Source of the DNA: Myxococcota bacterium
GTDB lineage: Bacteria; Myxococcota_A; UBA9042; PHBI01; JAWLBL01
Direction: 5' to 3'
Length of the DNA stretch: 62,705 bases
NCBI GenBank assembly: GCA_041687695.1
Contig: JAWLBL010000038.1
Location: forward strand, 1 to 62,705
Of the stretch, positions 9,926 through 21,128 are shown piece by piece. A program made the translations under genes and the position numbers. Below the pieces are notes generated by a model that did not search any database, was not told the origin of the DNA, and saw only the letters and a list, made by a program, of their open reading frames with translations. Each line of letters opens with the position of its first letter. Position 1 is the stretch's first letter.

Positions 9926-10383
9926 CAGCTGAAGAGGCCGTGCTCGATGCGCCCGAGGACGTCCTCGACCTCTTCCGCGCCCGGTTGGGTGTCGAGGAGC
10001 GCGATGGGCGGCTCCCCCAGGAGCGCCCGGTTCGGTCGCAGGAGCCACGCTCTGGCCTTGTCGGCGGACCCGAGGACCTCCTGAGCGCGAGCGAAGATGT
10101 CGGCGACGCGGACGAGGCGATCGGACTCGGAGGCTTCCAGGCGATTGGTCGCGCGCCGCCGATGCAGGGTCTTGGCGCTGATCTCGAGGAGCCGGGTGAG
10201 CTCGCCGATGTGGAGGTCCATGGCCTTGGAGAGCGAGTCCACGGCCTCGTAGCGGAACCCGTCGCGGACGCTCCGCACCAGATCGAGGCGGCTTCGGACG
10301 GGGCCGACGACCCCGGGGCCGCCGAGGGCGCTGACGAGGAGCTCGAGGTGGGACACGGGGACCTCCGGCGCGGGAGAGGACAT
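9925..10383 (-). CDS. Xre/MbcA/ParS antitoxin
   Basis: N-terminal HTH, then 'ESDRLVR...AWLLRPNRALLGEPPIALLDT..GAEEVEDVLGRIEHG'; abuts the RES gene. Confidence 0.9.
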   Translation of the reverse strand: MSSPAPEVPVSHLELLVSALGGPGVVGPVRSRLDLVRSVRDGFRYEAVDSLSKAMDLHIGELTRLLEISAKTLHRRRATNRLEASESDRLVRVADIFARAQEVLGSADKARAWLLRPNRALLGEPPIALLDTQPGAEEVEDVLGRIEHGLFS

Positions 10384-10438
10384 CTGTCCCAATGATACGG
10401 ACAGATTTCCGGTGTCAAGCGCTCGGGAGACCCGGAGG

Positions 10439-13400
10439 TCAGGCGAAGACGGCCTCGAGGTCCTCGCGGGTCAGCGCGTCGACGACCAGGCGCTCGGCGT
10501 CGACGGCGGCCTCGAAGAGGGCGCGCTTGCGGTCCTGCAGCTCGAGGATCTTCTCCTCGACCGTGTCGCGGGCGACGATCTTGTAGGCGACGACCGGCTT
10601 GGTCTGGCCGATGCGGTGGGCGCGGTCGGTGGCCTGGTCCTCGGCGGCGGGGTTCCACCAGGGGTCGAGGTGAAGCACGTGGTCGGCGGCGGTCAGGTTG
10701 AGGCCGGTGCCGCCGGCTTTCAGGCTGATGAGGAAGATGGGCGGGCCGTCGGCGGCCTGGAAGCGCTCGACCAGGGCGCCGCGGTCGCGGGTGGAGCCGT
10801 CGAGCATCAGCCACGGCAGGCCGGCCTCGTTCAGGCGCTCGGCGAGGAGCGACAGGAGCGAGGGCCACTGCGAGAAGACCAGGGCGCGGTGGCGGGCGGC
10901 GGCGATCTCGGTCAGCGTGTCCATCACCAGGTCGAGCTTGGCGGACTCGCCGACCTGGCGGGCCTCCTCGAAGGGCAGAAGGCGCGGGTCGCAGGCGGCC
11001 TGGCGCAGGCGCGTCAGGGCCTCCAAGACGTGGATGGTCGACTTGCCGACGCCGTGCTCGCGGACCGAGCCCAGCACCGAGGTGCGCCAGGTCGCCTTGA
11101 CCTGGTCGTAGAGCTTGCGCTGGGCCTCGCCCAGGTCGCAGTACAGGACCTGCTCTTGGCGCGGGGGCAGCTCGAGGGCGACCTCTTCCTTGAGGCGACG
11201 CAGGACGAACGGGCGCAGGCGGGCGCGCAGGGCGTCGAGGGCGTCGGTGTCCTGCAGCTTGTGGATGGGATGCGCGTAGCGAGCGGCGAAGGCGCGGTGC
11301 GAGCCGAAGAAGCCGGGCATGACGAAGTGGACCAGGCTCCACAGCTCGAAGAGGTTGTTCTCGAGCGGGGTGCCGGTCAGGGCGAGGCGGTGGGCGGCCG
11401 GCATGGCGCGGGCGACCTTGGCGGCCTGGCTCTGCGGGTTCTTGATGGCCTGGGCCTCGTCGAGGATGAGCCAGGTGAGGCCGCGCTGGCTCAGCAGCTC
11501 GGCGTCGAGGCGCAGCAGGGCGTAGCTGGTGACGACGAGCTGGGCGTCCTCGGGGATGACGTCGGCGCGGCTGGGGCCGTGGTGGACGTGGATCTCGAGG
11601 TCCGGGACGAAGCGGCGCGCCTCGAGGGCCCAGTTGTGGACGACCGAGGCGGGGGCGACGACCAGCGAGGGCGGGACGGGCCGGGGCGAACCGTCGGGGG
11701 CGAGGTGCGTGTCGGCCAGCGCGGCCAGGGTCTGCAGGGTCTTGCCGAGGCCCATGTCGTCGGCGAGCAGGCCGCCCAAGCGGGCGTCGCGGAGCCAGCA
11801 GAGCCAGCGGAATCCGGCGCGCTGGTAGTCGCGGAGGTCGGCGCGGACGGTGGGCGGGATGGGGAGCTCGGGGACGGCCTGGAAGTCGCGCAGCTCGGCG
11901 GCGAGGCGGCGCCACGGCTCGAGCTCGGGGGCGTGGGCGGTGCCCTCGAGGAAGGCCTCGGCCAGCGGCAGGGCGTAGCCGCCAAGGCGGCCCTTGCCGG
12001 CCTTGCGCAGCTCCTCGAGCTCGCTCAGGGCGTGGCCGTGGCGGGCCAGCCAGCGCTCGGGGAGGCGGGCGACGCTGCCGTCGGCGAGGCGGTGGTAGCG
12101 CTTGCCCTCGACCCAGGAGGCCAGGACGTCGCCCAGCTTGAGGTCGGCCTTGCCGGCCTTGAAGGTGACCTGCACGTCGAACCAGTCGACGTCGGCCTTG
12201 ACCGAGACGCTGGCGGCGGCGGTGCCGCGGACGCGGTGGAACTTCAGGCTGTCCTCGCCGAAGACGTCCCAGGTCTCGGACAGGCGCGGGAGGGTCTCGA
12301 CCAGGAAGTCGTAGGCGTCGAGGCCTTCGAGGCGCGCGGGGGTCTCGTCGCCGAGGTGGGGGCGGAGGCGCGCGAGGGCGACGGCCTCGCGGTCGGGGTC
12401 GCGGCGGACCAGGGCCGAGGTGCCGTCGGAGGCGCCCGAGACGGACAGGAGCGGGGTGCGGTCGCTGGCGCCGACCTCGGCGACGCCGGGGCCGAGGCGG
12501 TAGGCGAAGCGGGCGTCGACCAGCAGGGCGTCGGCCTGCTCGCTGAGGACGAGGCGCGGCTCGACGGCGTCGGCGTCGGCGACGCCCGGGGTGGGGCCGT
12601 CGGCGAGGGTCATGGCGACGGGGGCGCGCAGGACGAAGCGCGAGATGAAGCGGTCGACGTCGCCGGGCGGGACGTCGGGGAGCGGGTTGTCGAGGAGGTG
12701 GCGCATGGCGCGCGGGAAGCGGGGGTCGAGGCGGCGCAGGGCGGGCGGGGCGCCGGGCTCGGGGGCGGGGGTGAGGACGAAGCCCGGGCCGAGATCGAGG
12801 TGCTTGGCGACGGGGGGCTCCCAGGTGAGGCGCAGGGTGCCGTCGAGGTCGGCGTGCGAGGCGATGCGCGGGCTGACCGGGTCGGGGAGGACCTGGATGG
12901 GCTCGCCGGCGAAGCGGACGTCGGAGGCGCGGGCGAGGAGGTGGACGATCTCGGCGAGGGTGTCGTCGATGAGGCGGGCGGTGAGGGCCTCGATGCGGAC
13001 GCGGCTCGAGGTGCGGCCGGCCTCGAGGAAGCTCTCGAGGCGCTCCAAGGCCTCGTGGATCTGCTTGTCGTGGGGCTCGAGGCCGCTGACCTTGGCCTCG
13101 GCGGCGTCCCACTCTCGGGGGACGTTCTGGGGCTTGAGGGGGCGGCCGTCGCGGCGCGAGGTGCGGACGAGCTCGCGCGAGACGAGGCCGCGGGGGTCGG
13201 GGCGGGTGTCCCAGGCGGCCGAGGGCATGGGGCGGAGCGGCCAGTGGATGTGGTAGCGGATCCAGCCGGGGGTGCGGTCGGAGGCGGGGCGGCGCTCGGC
13301 GGGGGGCTCGGCGTCGGTGGTCGGCAGGAGGAGCAGCTCCCAGAGCGGGCGCTCGAGCAGCGGGCGCGCCTGGTCGCTGACGTGCAGCACGGCCAGGATG

Positions 13401-13750
13401 ACCGCGAAGAGGTGCTGGCAGGGCCGGAAGCCGCAGTCGCGGCACCACAGGTCGAGCTCGCCGTAGCCGATGGTGACGCGGACGCCGTCGACCTCGAGCC
13501 AGGCCTGGTGCGTCCAGGCGGAGCTGGCGCGGCCGCGCTCGAGCACGAAGGCCACGTGGCGCGCGCCCTCGGCGGCGGCGGTCAGGTCGGAGCCCATCAT
13601 GGGTGCGTAATCCGGGCCGAGCTGCCGGAACAGCCAGGCGAGACGCGCCGGCTCGAGCGCGATGCGGTCGGGGACGCCCAGCTCGCGCCGGCCGGCCGAC
13701 GACGTCTGTCGCAACATCCACCACGCGTCGACCAGCAGCCCTCGCAGCAT
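10439..13750 (-). CDS. SNF2-family helicase with an N-terminal SWIM-like zinc finger
   Basis: LADDMGLGKT, DEAQ, TGTPLEN, SLKAGGTGLNL and QATDRAHRIGQ motifs; N-terminal 'CRDC..PCQH'. Start codon uncertain (13750 or 13717). Confidence 0.9.
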   Translation of the reverse strand: MLRGLLVDAWWMLRQTSSAGRRELGVPDRIALEPARLAWLFRQLGPDYAPMMGSDLTAAAEGARHVAFVLERGRASSAWTHQAWLEVDGVRVTIGYGELDLWCRDCGFRPCQHLFAVILAVLHVSDQARPLLERPLWELLLLPTTDAEPPAERRPASDRTPGWIRYHIHWPLRPMPSAAWDTRPDPRGLVSRELVRTSRRDGRPLKPQNVPREWDAAEAKVSGLEPHDKQIHEALERLESFLEAGRTSSRVRIEALTARLIDDTLAEIVHLLARASDVRFAGEPIQVLPDPVSPRIASHADLDGTLRLTWEPPVAKHLDLGPGFVLTPAPEPGAPPALRRLDPRFPRAMRHLLDNPLPDVPPGDVDRFISRFVLRAPVAMTLADGPTPGVADADAVEPRLVLSEQADALLVDARFAYRLGPGVAEVGASDRTPLLSVSGASDGTSALVRRDPDREAVALARLRPHLGDETPARLEGLDAYDFLVETLPRLSETWDVFGEDSLKFHRVRGTAAASVSVKADVDWFDVQVTFKAGKADLKLGDVLASWVEGKRYHRLADGSVARLPERWLARHGHALSELEELRKAGKGRLGGYALPLAEAFLEGTAHAPELEPWRRLAAELRDFQAVPELPIPPTVRADLRDYQRAGFRWLCWLRDARLGGLLADDMGLGKTLQTLAALADTHLAPDGSPRPVPPSLVVAPASVVHNWALEARRFVPDLEIHVHHGPSRADVIPEDAQLVVTSYALLRLDAELLSQRGLTWLILDEAQAIKNPQSQAAKVARAMPAAHRLALTGTPLENNLFELWSLVHFVMPGFFGSHRAFAARYAHPIHKLQDTDALDALRARLRPFVLRRLKEEVALELPPRQEQVLYCDLGEAQRKLYDQVKATWRTSVLGSVREHGVGKSTIHVLEALTRLRQAACDPRLLPFEEARQVGESAKLDLVMDTLTEIAAARHRALVFSQWPSLLSLLAERLNEAGLPWLMLDGSTRDRGALVERFQAADGPPIFLISLKAGGTGLNLTAADHVLHLDPWWNPAAEDQATDRAHRIGQTKPVVAYKIVARDTVEEKILELQDRKRALFEAAVDAERLVVDALTREDLEAVFA

Positions 13751-13859
13751 TCGCCCTGCCCCCTCTCGTCGGTTCGTGCGCCCGCCGTATAGCGGCGTTC
13801 GAGTCGGATTCGAAGCGCCGCGGCTTGCGTCCTGTTCCCGGGTCGCTACGCTCGGGCCC

Positions 13860-14363
13860 GTGGACGCGCCGCTCGTGACAGCGCTGGTCGAGGCCCTCGA
13901 GGCCGCTCTGGAGCCCCACGCGCGGGCCGACGGGATGACCCGACAGGCGGGCGGGGCGGCGGGCGTGCTGGTCTGGGAGAAGGTCGGCGAGTACGCGCGG
14001 GCGGGCGAGCGCGACCGGATCGAGGTGCGGGTCGCGGCCGCGGGAGGCGGCGGGGCGCGGGTGACGGGCGAGGTCACGTCGTACATGCGTGACACGCACG
14101 AGCCGCTGGGCGCGTTCGGGATCGCGCAGCGGCACGGCCCGGGCGTGGGGGCGACGACGGATGCGTGGTGGGTGGCCGACGACAGTGACGTCGCGAGGGT
14201 GGTCGCCGAGATCGAGGCGCTGGTGGCGGGTCAGGTGATCCCCTGGCTGGACGAGCCGGTCCCGTTGGTCGCGCCAGGCGCCGAGCTGCCCACGCTGGGC
14301 CCCGGCGGGCTCGGTGGGCTGGTGCTGCCGCAGGCGAGGCGCGGGCCGAAGCGGGGCGACTGA
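13860..14363 (+). CDS. Hypothetical protein
   Basis: Good GC3 codon bias from GTG 13860; 'VIPWLD' near the end loosely resembles DUF4304. Confidence 0.55.
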   Translation: MDAPLVTALVEALEAALEPHARADGMTRQAGGAAGVLVWEKVGEYARAGERDRIEVRVAAAGGGGARVTGEVTSYMRDTHEPLGAFGIAQRHGPGVGATTDAWWVADDSDVARVVAEIEALVAGQVIPWLDEPVPLVAPGAELPTLGPGGLGGLVLPQARRGPKRGD

Positions 14364-14546
14364 GGCGGCCGAAAGATTTATCTTGCATGTCGCGACCGAA
14401 TCGGCGCATGCTGTCCGCTTTCCCGCCGCACGCCCGGTCACCCTCTCGACACACGCTCGTGACCGGGTTGTGGTCAATCCCAGCCCGTCCCATCATCCTG
14501 GCGGACCGCTTCGATCTCGTGTCGAGGGCGGTTCGGGAGGTAGCTC

Positions 14547-16028
<1,482 letters not shown>

Positions 16029-16075
16029 CGCAGACGTCGTCCAAACCGGGCGCCCCGGGGCGCCCTCGGGGATGT

Positions 16076-17335
16076 ATGACCGACCAGAAGCGTTCGCCCA
16101 AGCACATCGTCCTGACGAGCCATCCAGGCAGCCACGGCCCGCGCCCGCGCCCCATCCAGTGGGGCGCGCCGGATGCGGCGACGCGTGGGCCCATCATCGG
16201 CACGCTGACCAACCCGGCGCAAAAGAACGTCATCGGGACACACTCGGGCTCGTACGCGATCTACCGCGCGCTGGCCGTGGCCGCCGGGTCGCTCGACCCC
16301 GACCACAGGGCGGACCTGACGAACACGACGCCGACCGACACCCTCGGGCCGCACCCGCAGTGGTTCGACCCCGAGCGCATCGTCTCGATCGACCCATTCG
16401 GGGCCATCGTCGCCGACGTCTATGGCGATGCCATCGCGCAGGGCGTAGACATCCGGCCGTCCATCGCGGTGACCAAGGCGCACATCCAGATGCCCGAGCT
16501 GGTGACCGCCATGCAGGCGGGGCGGCTGCGGCCCGACGGGCGCATCCTGCGGGAGACGGGCGAGGTCCTGGTGACCAAGGCCGCCATCGAGCCGGTGTGG
16601 TACCTGCCGGGCGTCGCCAAGCGCTTCGGCATCACCGAGGCCGAGCTGCGGCGCGCGCTGTTCGAGCAGACCGCCGGCATGTTCCCGGAGCTGGTGACCC
16701 GCGGCGATCTCGAGGTCTTCCTGCCGCCCATCGGCGGGATGACGGTGTACATGTTCGGCGACGTGGCGGCCATCACCGACCCGGCGCGCCCGCTGGCGTG
16801 CCGCGTGCACGACGAGTGCAACGGCTCCGACGTCTTCGGGTCGGACATCTGCACGTGCCGGCCATACCTGGCGCACGGCATCGAGGTCTGCATCGAGACG
16901 GCGCAGCAGGGCGGCGCGGGCGTCATCGTCTACAACCGCAAGGAGGGGCGCGCGCTGGGCGAGGTGACCAAGTTCCTGGTCTACAACGCGCGCAAGCGGC
17001 AAGAGGGCGGCGACAGCGCGGCGATGTACTTCGCGCGGACGGAGTGCGTGGCCGGCGTGCAGGACATGCGCTTTCAGGAGCTGATGCCCGACGTCCTGCA
17101 CTGGCTGGGCATGACGCACATCGACCGCTTCGTGTCGATGAGCAACCTGAAGCACGACGCGGTCGTGAAGTCGGGCATCACCATCGGCGAGCGGGTCAGC
17201 ATCCCCGACGAGCTCATCCCCGCGGACGCGCGCGTCGAGATGGACGCCAAGAAGGCCGCCGGCTACTTCACCGACGGGCACGTCCCGGACGCGAGCGAGC
17301 TGGCGGTGGCCAAGGGGCGGGCGCTCAATGAGTGA
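16076..17335 (+). CDS. URC1-type GTP cyclohydrolase II-like protein (uracil catabolism)
   Basis: N-terminal 'HIVLTSHP...IQWGA...RGPII...HSGSYAIYRALA' extension, then 'RVHDECNGSDVFGSDICTCRPY...KEGRALGEVTK'. Confidence 0.88.
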   Translation: MTDQKRSPKHIVLTSHPGSHGPRPRPIQWGAPDAATRGPIIGTLTNPAQKNVIGTHSGSYAIYRALAVAAGSLDPDHRADLTNTTPTDTLGPHPQWFDPERIVSIDPFGAIVADVYGDAIAQGVDIRPSIAVTKAHIQMPELVTAMQAGRLRPDGRILRETGEVLVTKAAIEPVWYLPGVAKRFGITEAELRRALFEQTAGMFPELVTRGDLEVFLPPIGGMTVYMFGDVAAITDPARPLACRVHDECNGSDVFGSDICTCRPYLAHGIEVCIETAQQGGAGVIVYNRKEGRALGEVTKFLVYNARKRQEGGDSAAMYFARTECVAGVQDMRFQELMPDVLHWLGMTHIDRFVSMSNLKHDAVVKSGITIGERVSIPDELIPADARVEMDAKKAAGYFTDGHVPDASELAVAKGRALNE

Positions 17336-18590
17336 GGCGGCGGCCAGGGTGGCGCAGGTCGACGAGGTGGCGCGCGCGGTGGCGTGGCTGAGGTCGCCCG
17401 AGGCGGTGCGGCAGAGGGCACGTCAGATGCTGGCGCTCGCCGAGGCCGGGGAGCTGCAGCACTTCACGGTCGACCTCGACCGCCTCGACGCGGTGGCCGA
17501 GCTGGTGCTCGAGGTCACGCGCCAGAGCTACCCCGACCTCCAGGTGCCCTATCACAGCCGCTTGCGTCACTTCGCGGCCGGCGGGGTCGATCGCCTCGGC
17601 CGCTTCGACGCGGCGCTCTCCGGCGCCGGGGCCGACCAGCGCGAGCGGGGGCGGGCGCTGTTCGACCTCGTCGTGACCAGCGTGCTGCTGGACGCAGGTG
17701 CCGGCGCGACGTGGCGCTACGCCGAGGACGCGACCGGCCGCACCTTCGCGCGCTCCGAGGGGCTCGCGGTCGCCAGCTTCGACCTGTTCATGGCTGGCGC
17801 CCTTTCCAGTGACTCCAGCACACCCCTGCGGGCGGACGCCGCCGGGCTCGCGGCGTTCACGGCCGACGGCCTCGCCCGCGCGTTCCAGGTCTCGTCCGCG
17901 AACCCGCTGGTCGGCCTGAACGGCCGCGTCGGGTTGCTTCAGCGCTTGGGTCAGGTGGTCGCCGCCGACCCGGTGGCCTTCCCCACCGGCCGGCCTGGCG
18001 ACCTGGCGGACGCGCTCACGGCCCAGGCCGTGGACGGGCAGCTGCCGGCCAGCCGCGTCCTGGCCGCCGTGCTCCAGGGCTTCGGCGACATCTGGCCCGG
18101 CCGCATTACGCTGGGCGGAGAGAACCTGGGCGACGTCTGGCGCCACCCGGGCGTGCGAGGCGACGGCCCCACCGACGGGCTGGTGCCGTTCCACAAGCTC
18201 TCGCAGTGGCTCAGCTATTCGCTCATCGAGGCGCTCGAGCTGGCCGGGCTGCGCGTGACCGACATGGACGCGCTGACGGGGCTGGCCGAGTACCGCAACG
18301 GCGGGCTCTTCGTCGACGGCGGCGTGCTCGTCGCGCGCCACGCCGGCGTCCTGGGCCAGGCTCACGCGCCTGACTCGACCGTCATCGTCGAGTGGCGCGC
18401 GCTCACCGTGGCGCTGCTCGACCGTGTGGCAGAGCGCGTCCGCGAAAAGCTCGGCCTGAGCGCCGAGCAGCTCCCCCTCGCCCGCGTCCTCGAAGGCGGC
18501 ACCTGGGCCGCCGGTCGACGCCTCGCGTCCCAACGCCGCCCCGACGGGGCTCCACCCATCGCCCTCACCAGCGACGGCACCGTTTTCTGA
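17328..18590 (+). CDS. URC4/Urg3 family protein (DUF1688)
   Basis: 'PYHSRLRHF', '[12 protein letters not shown]', 'RSEGLAVAS', '[12 protein letters not shown]', '[10 protein letters not shown]', C-terminal 'SDGTVF'. Confidence 0.9.
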   Translation: MSEAAARVAQVDEVARAVAWLRSPEAVRQRARQMLALAEAGELQHFTVDLDRLDAVAELVLEVTRQSYPDLQVPYHSRLRHFAAGGVDRLGRFDAALSGAGADQRERGRALFDLVVTSVLLDAGAGATWRYAEDATGRTFARSEGLAVASFDLFMAGALSSDSSTPLRADAAGLAAFTADGLARAFQVSSANPLVGLNGRVGLLQRLGQVVAADPVAFPTGRPGDLADALTAQAVDGQLPASRVLAAVLQGFGDIWPGRITLGGENLGDVWRHPGVRGDGPTDGLVPFHKLSQWLSYSLIEALELAGLRVTDMDALTGLAEYRNGGLFVDGGVLVARHAGVLGQAHAPDSTVIVEWRALTVALLDRVAERVREKLGLSAEQLPLARVLEGGTWAAGRRLASQRRPDGAPPIALTSDGTVF

Positions 18591-18601
18591 GAGGTTCTGA
18601 T

Positions 18602-19291
18602 ATGGTCGCGACCCAGTCGTCCTCCACCGCCGCGGTGGCCACGTCCAACGAGCCCGTCATGCAGCGTCAGGTCCACGTCGTCGATCATCCGCTCGTGCAG
18701 CACAAGCTGACACTGATGCGACGCAAGACCACCAGCACGGCCAGCTTCCGCACGCTCGCGACCGAGGTCAGCATGCTGCTCGGTTACGAGGTGACGCGGG
18801 ACATGCCGCTCACCCTCGAGGAGATCGAGACGCCCATCGCGACCATGCAAGCGCCGGTGCTCGAGGGCAAGAAGGTCGTGCTGGTCTCGATCCTGCGCGC
18901 GGGGACGGGCATCCTGGACGGCCTGCTGCAGCTCATCCCGTCGGCGCGCGTCGGCCACATCGGTCTGTACCGCGATCCCAAGACGCTCGTCGCCGTCGAG
19001 TACTACTTCAAGGTCCCCGACGAGATGGAGAGCCGCGACGTCATCGTGGTCGACCCGATGCTGGCGACGGGGCACTCGGCGGTGGCGGCGGTCGACCGCA
19101 TCAAGTCGACCAACCCGCGCTCGGTGAAGTTCTTGTGCCTGCTGGCCTGCCCCGAAGGCATCGCCCACCTCCACGAGGCCCACCCCGACGTGCCGATCTA
19201 CACGGCGGCCGTCGACGAGCGGCTCAACGAGAAGAGCTACATCGTGCCGGGCCTCGGCGACGCGGGCGACCGGCTGTTCGGGACGCGCTGA
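18602..19291 (+). CDS. upp: Uracil phosphoribosyltransferase
   Basis: 'HPLVQHKLT', 'ILRAG', 'VDPMLATG', '[16 protein letters not shown]'. Confidence 0.95.
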   Translation: MVATQSSSTAAVATSNEPVMQRQVHVVDHPLVQHKLTLMRRKTTSTASFRTLATEVSMLLGYEVTRDMPLTLEEIETPIATMQAPVLEGKKVVLVSILRAGTGILDGLLQLIPSARVGHIGLYRDPKTLVAVEYYFKVPDEMESRDVIVVDPMLATGHSAVAAVDRIKSTNPRSVKFLCLLACPEGIAHLHEAHPDVPIYTAAVDERLNEKSYIVPGLGDAGDRLFGTR

Positions 19292-19295
19292 GGGC

Positions 19296-19880
19296 ATGGC
19301 GCGGGCGCTGATCGCGGTCGCCTTCGTGCTGCTCGGCGCGTCGCCAGCGGCCGCGGCCATCGAAGGGTTCCAAAGCGATCTCGACACAGCGCTCGCCCAA
19401 GCTCGTCGCTCCGAAAAGCCCCTCGTCGCCTTCTTCACCGCCGCCTGGTGCGAGCCCTGTCAGGAGATGAAGGCCCAGGTCTTTCCCGATCCTCGGGTTC
19501 GGCGGGCGCTGACAGGCTTCGTGCCCGTCGAGGTGGACACCGACACGCCCGCCGGAGCCAAGGCCTGGGAGCGCTTCAAGGTCTCGAACCTACCTACGAT
19601 CGTGCTGCTTCGCGCCGACGGGACCGAGCTGCGCGAGGCGCGCATCGAGGGAGCGCGTTCGGCAGGCGAGCTCGTGAAGAAGCTCGAGGCCACGCACGCC
19701 GCGTTCGGCGCGTCGCCGACCGTGCCGGGCCCCCAGGCGCAGGCCGGGTCCGGCGAGCAGGCGTGGCGACCAGGCGGCTGGCTCTTCGGCGTTGGCGGTC
19801 TGGTGGTCGTCGCCGGCCTGGCTGGGTGGGCCTCGCGACGACGCGCCCGTCGTCGGGGGATCCGCGCAACACTTCCGTAG
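19296..19880 (+). CDS. Exported thioredoxin-like protein with a C-terminal membrane anchor
   Basis: Signal peptide, WCEPC motif, C-terminal TM segment followed by an Arg cluster. Confidence 0.8.
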   Translation: MARALIAVAFVLLGASPAAAAIEGFQSDLDTALAQARRSEKPLVAFFTAAWCEPCQEMKAQVFPDPRVRRALTGFVPVEVDTDTPAGAKAWERFKVSNLPTIVLLRADGTELREARIEGARSAGELVKKLEATHAAFGASPTVPGPQAQAGSGEQAWRPGGWLFGVGGLVVVAGLAGWASRRRARRRGIRATLP

Positions 19881-19934
19881 CACGACATTCTTGTTGTAAA
19901 ACAAACTCGTCGCACATGAGGCCGGAGGGGCGCG

Positions 19935-21128
19935 GTGATTCAGAACGCCGTCGGGCGGCCGGTTCGCGGCCACAACTTCTTCGACCGCGAGCGCGAGCAG
20001 GATCGCCTCTGGCGTCGGCTGTCGACCGACCATGTGCTGCTGCTGGCGCCGCGCCGGGTCGGCAAGACGTCGCTGCTGCTGCGGCTCGCTGACACGGCCG
20101 AGCTGAACGGCTTTCAGGCCGTGTACCTCAGCGTGTCCGATGTCCGCTCCGAGCTCGCGTTCGTGCGGCGCCTCTACGAGGCCATCGGAGAGCGCGAAGC
20201 CGCGCAGGCCGCGTTCAAGCGCCTGGCCGAGGGCGCCCTCTCGGCCGTGTTGCGCCGGACCAAGCAGGTCGCCTTCGGCGGCGTCACCTGGGTCTTGTCG
20301 GAGGACGCGCGTGACGAGTGGCAGCGTGTCGGAGAGGTCCTGACCCGCGCCCTGTCCGACCTCGGAAACCGCTGGCTGCTGCTGGTCGACGAGCTTCCGC
20401 TGTTCGTCCTCACCCTGATCCGCCTCGACCCGACCGGCGAGCGCGCGCGCCACTTCCTGAACTGGTTCCGAGCCCTGCGCCAGGGGACCGAGGACACCGA
20501 CCCGCTCCGTTGGGTGCTCGCTGGCTCCATCGGCCTCGACACCGTCGCCGCGCGCCTCAAGCTGGGCGACACCATCAACGACCTCAACCTCGTGACGCTC
20601 GGCGCCTTCGACGAGGCCGACGCCGACCGCTTCCTCGAGGCGCTCGGGCACACCTACGATCTCCCGCTCGCCCCCGAGGTCCGCGCCCGCCTCCGCCACC
20701 ACGCGGGCTGGCTCATCCCGTATTACCTGCAGCTGCTCTTCTCCAAGCTACGCAACCGCTGCGGCGACACCGGCGCGCCCGCGACCGTCGACGCCGTCGA
20801 CGCCGTGCATGCCGAGCTGCTCTCGCCCTCCGACCGCGCCTACTTCGACTACTGGCGCCAGCGCCTGACCGAGGAGCTGGGCGCCCCCTGGGACGAGCAG
20901 GCCATCGCCCTCCTCAACGCCGCCGCCGCCGACGACCACGGCGCCACGCGCGATCTCCTGCGCCGCGTCCTGGACCAGAAGGTGCCCGACCCGACCGAAC
21001 GCGACGCCCGCCTCCGCTTCCTCCTCGACGTCCTGCAGGCCGACGGCTACCTCGTCGAGGTCGACGGCCGCTTCCCCTTCCGCTCGTCCTTGCTGCGCGA
21101 CTTCTGGCGCAAGCGAGTCGCCCCGTGA
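19935..21128 (+). CDS. STAND/AAA-like ATPase
   Basis: 'FFDRERE', Walker A 'APRRVGKTS', Walker B 'LLVDE', C-terminal winged-helix-like 'LQADGYL...LLRDFW'. Confidence 0.85.
   Translation: MIQNAVGRPVRGHNFFDREREQDRLWRRLSTDHVLLLAPRRVGKTSLLLRLADTAELNGFQAVYLSVSDVRSELAFVRRLYEAIGEREAAQAAFKRLAEGALSAVLRRTKQVAFGGVTWVLSEDARDEWQRVGEVLTRALSDLGNRWLLLVDELPLFVLTLIRLDPTGERARHFLNWFRALRQGTEDTDPLRWVLAGSIGLDTVAARLKLGDTINDLNLVTLGAFDEADADRFLEALGHTYDLPLAPEVRARLRHHAGWLIPYYLQLLFSKLRNRCGDTGAPATVDAVDAVHAELLSPSDRAYFDYWRQRLTEELGAPWDEQAIALLNAAAADDHGATRDLLRRVLDQKVPDPTERDARLRFLLDVLQADGYLVEVDGRFPFRSSLLRDFWRKRVAP

Noticed and set aside
9360..14477. 1705-aa minus-strand ORF and other long Arg/Pro/Gly-rich ORFs throughout the window
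   Set aside because: These are shadow or alternate frames of real high-GC genes and have no motifs.
16076..17335. Riboflavin ribA
   Set aside because: The URC1-type N-terminal domain and the URC4/upp context indicate uracil catabolism; the canonical GCH-II is at 31992-33185.
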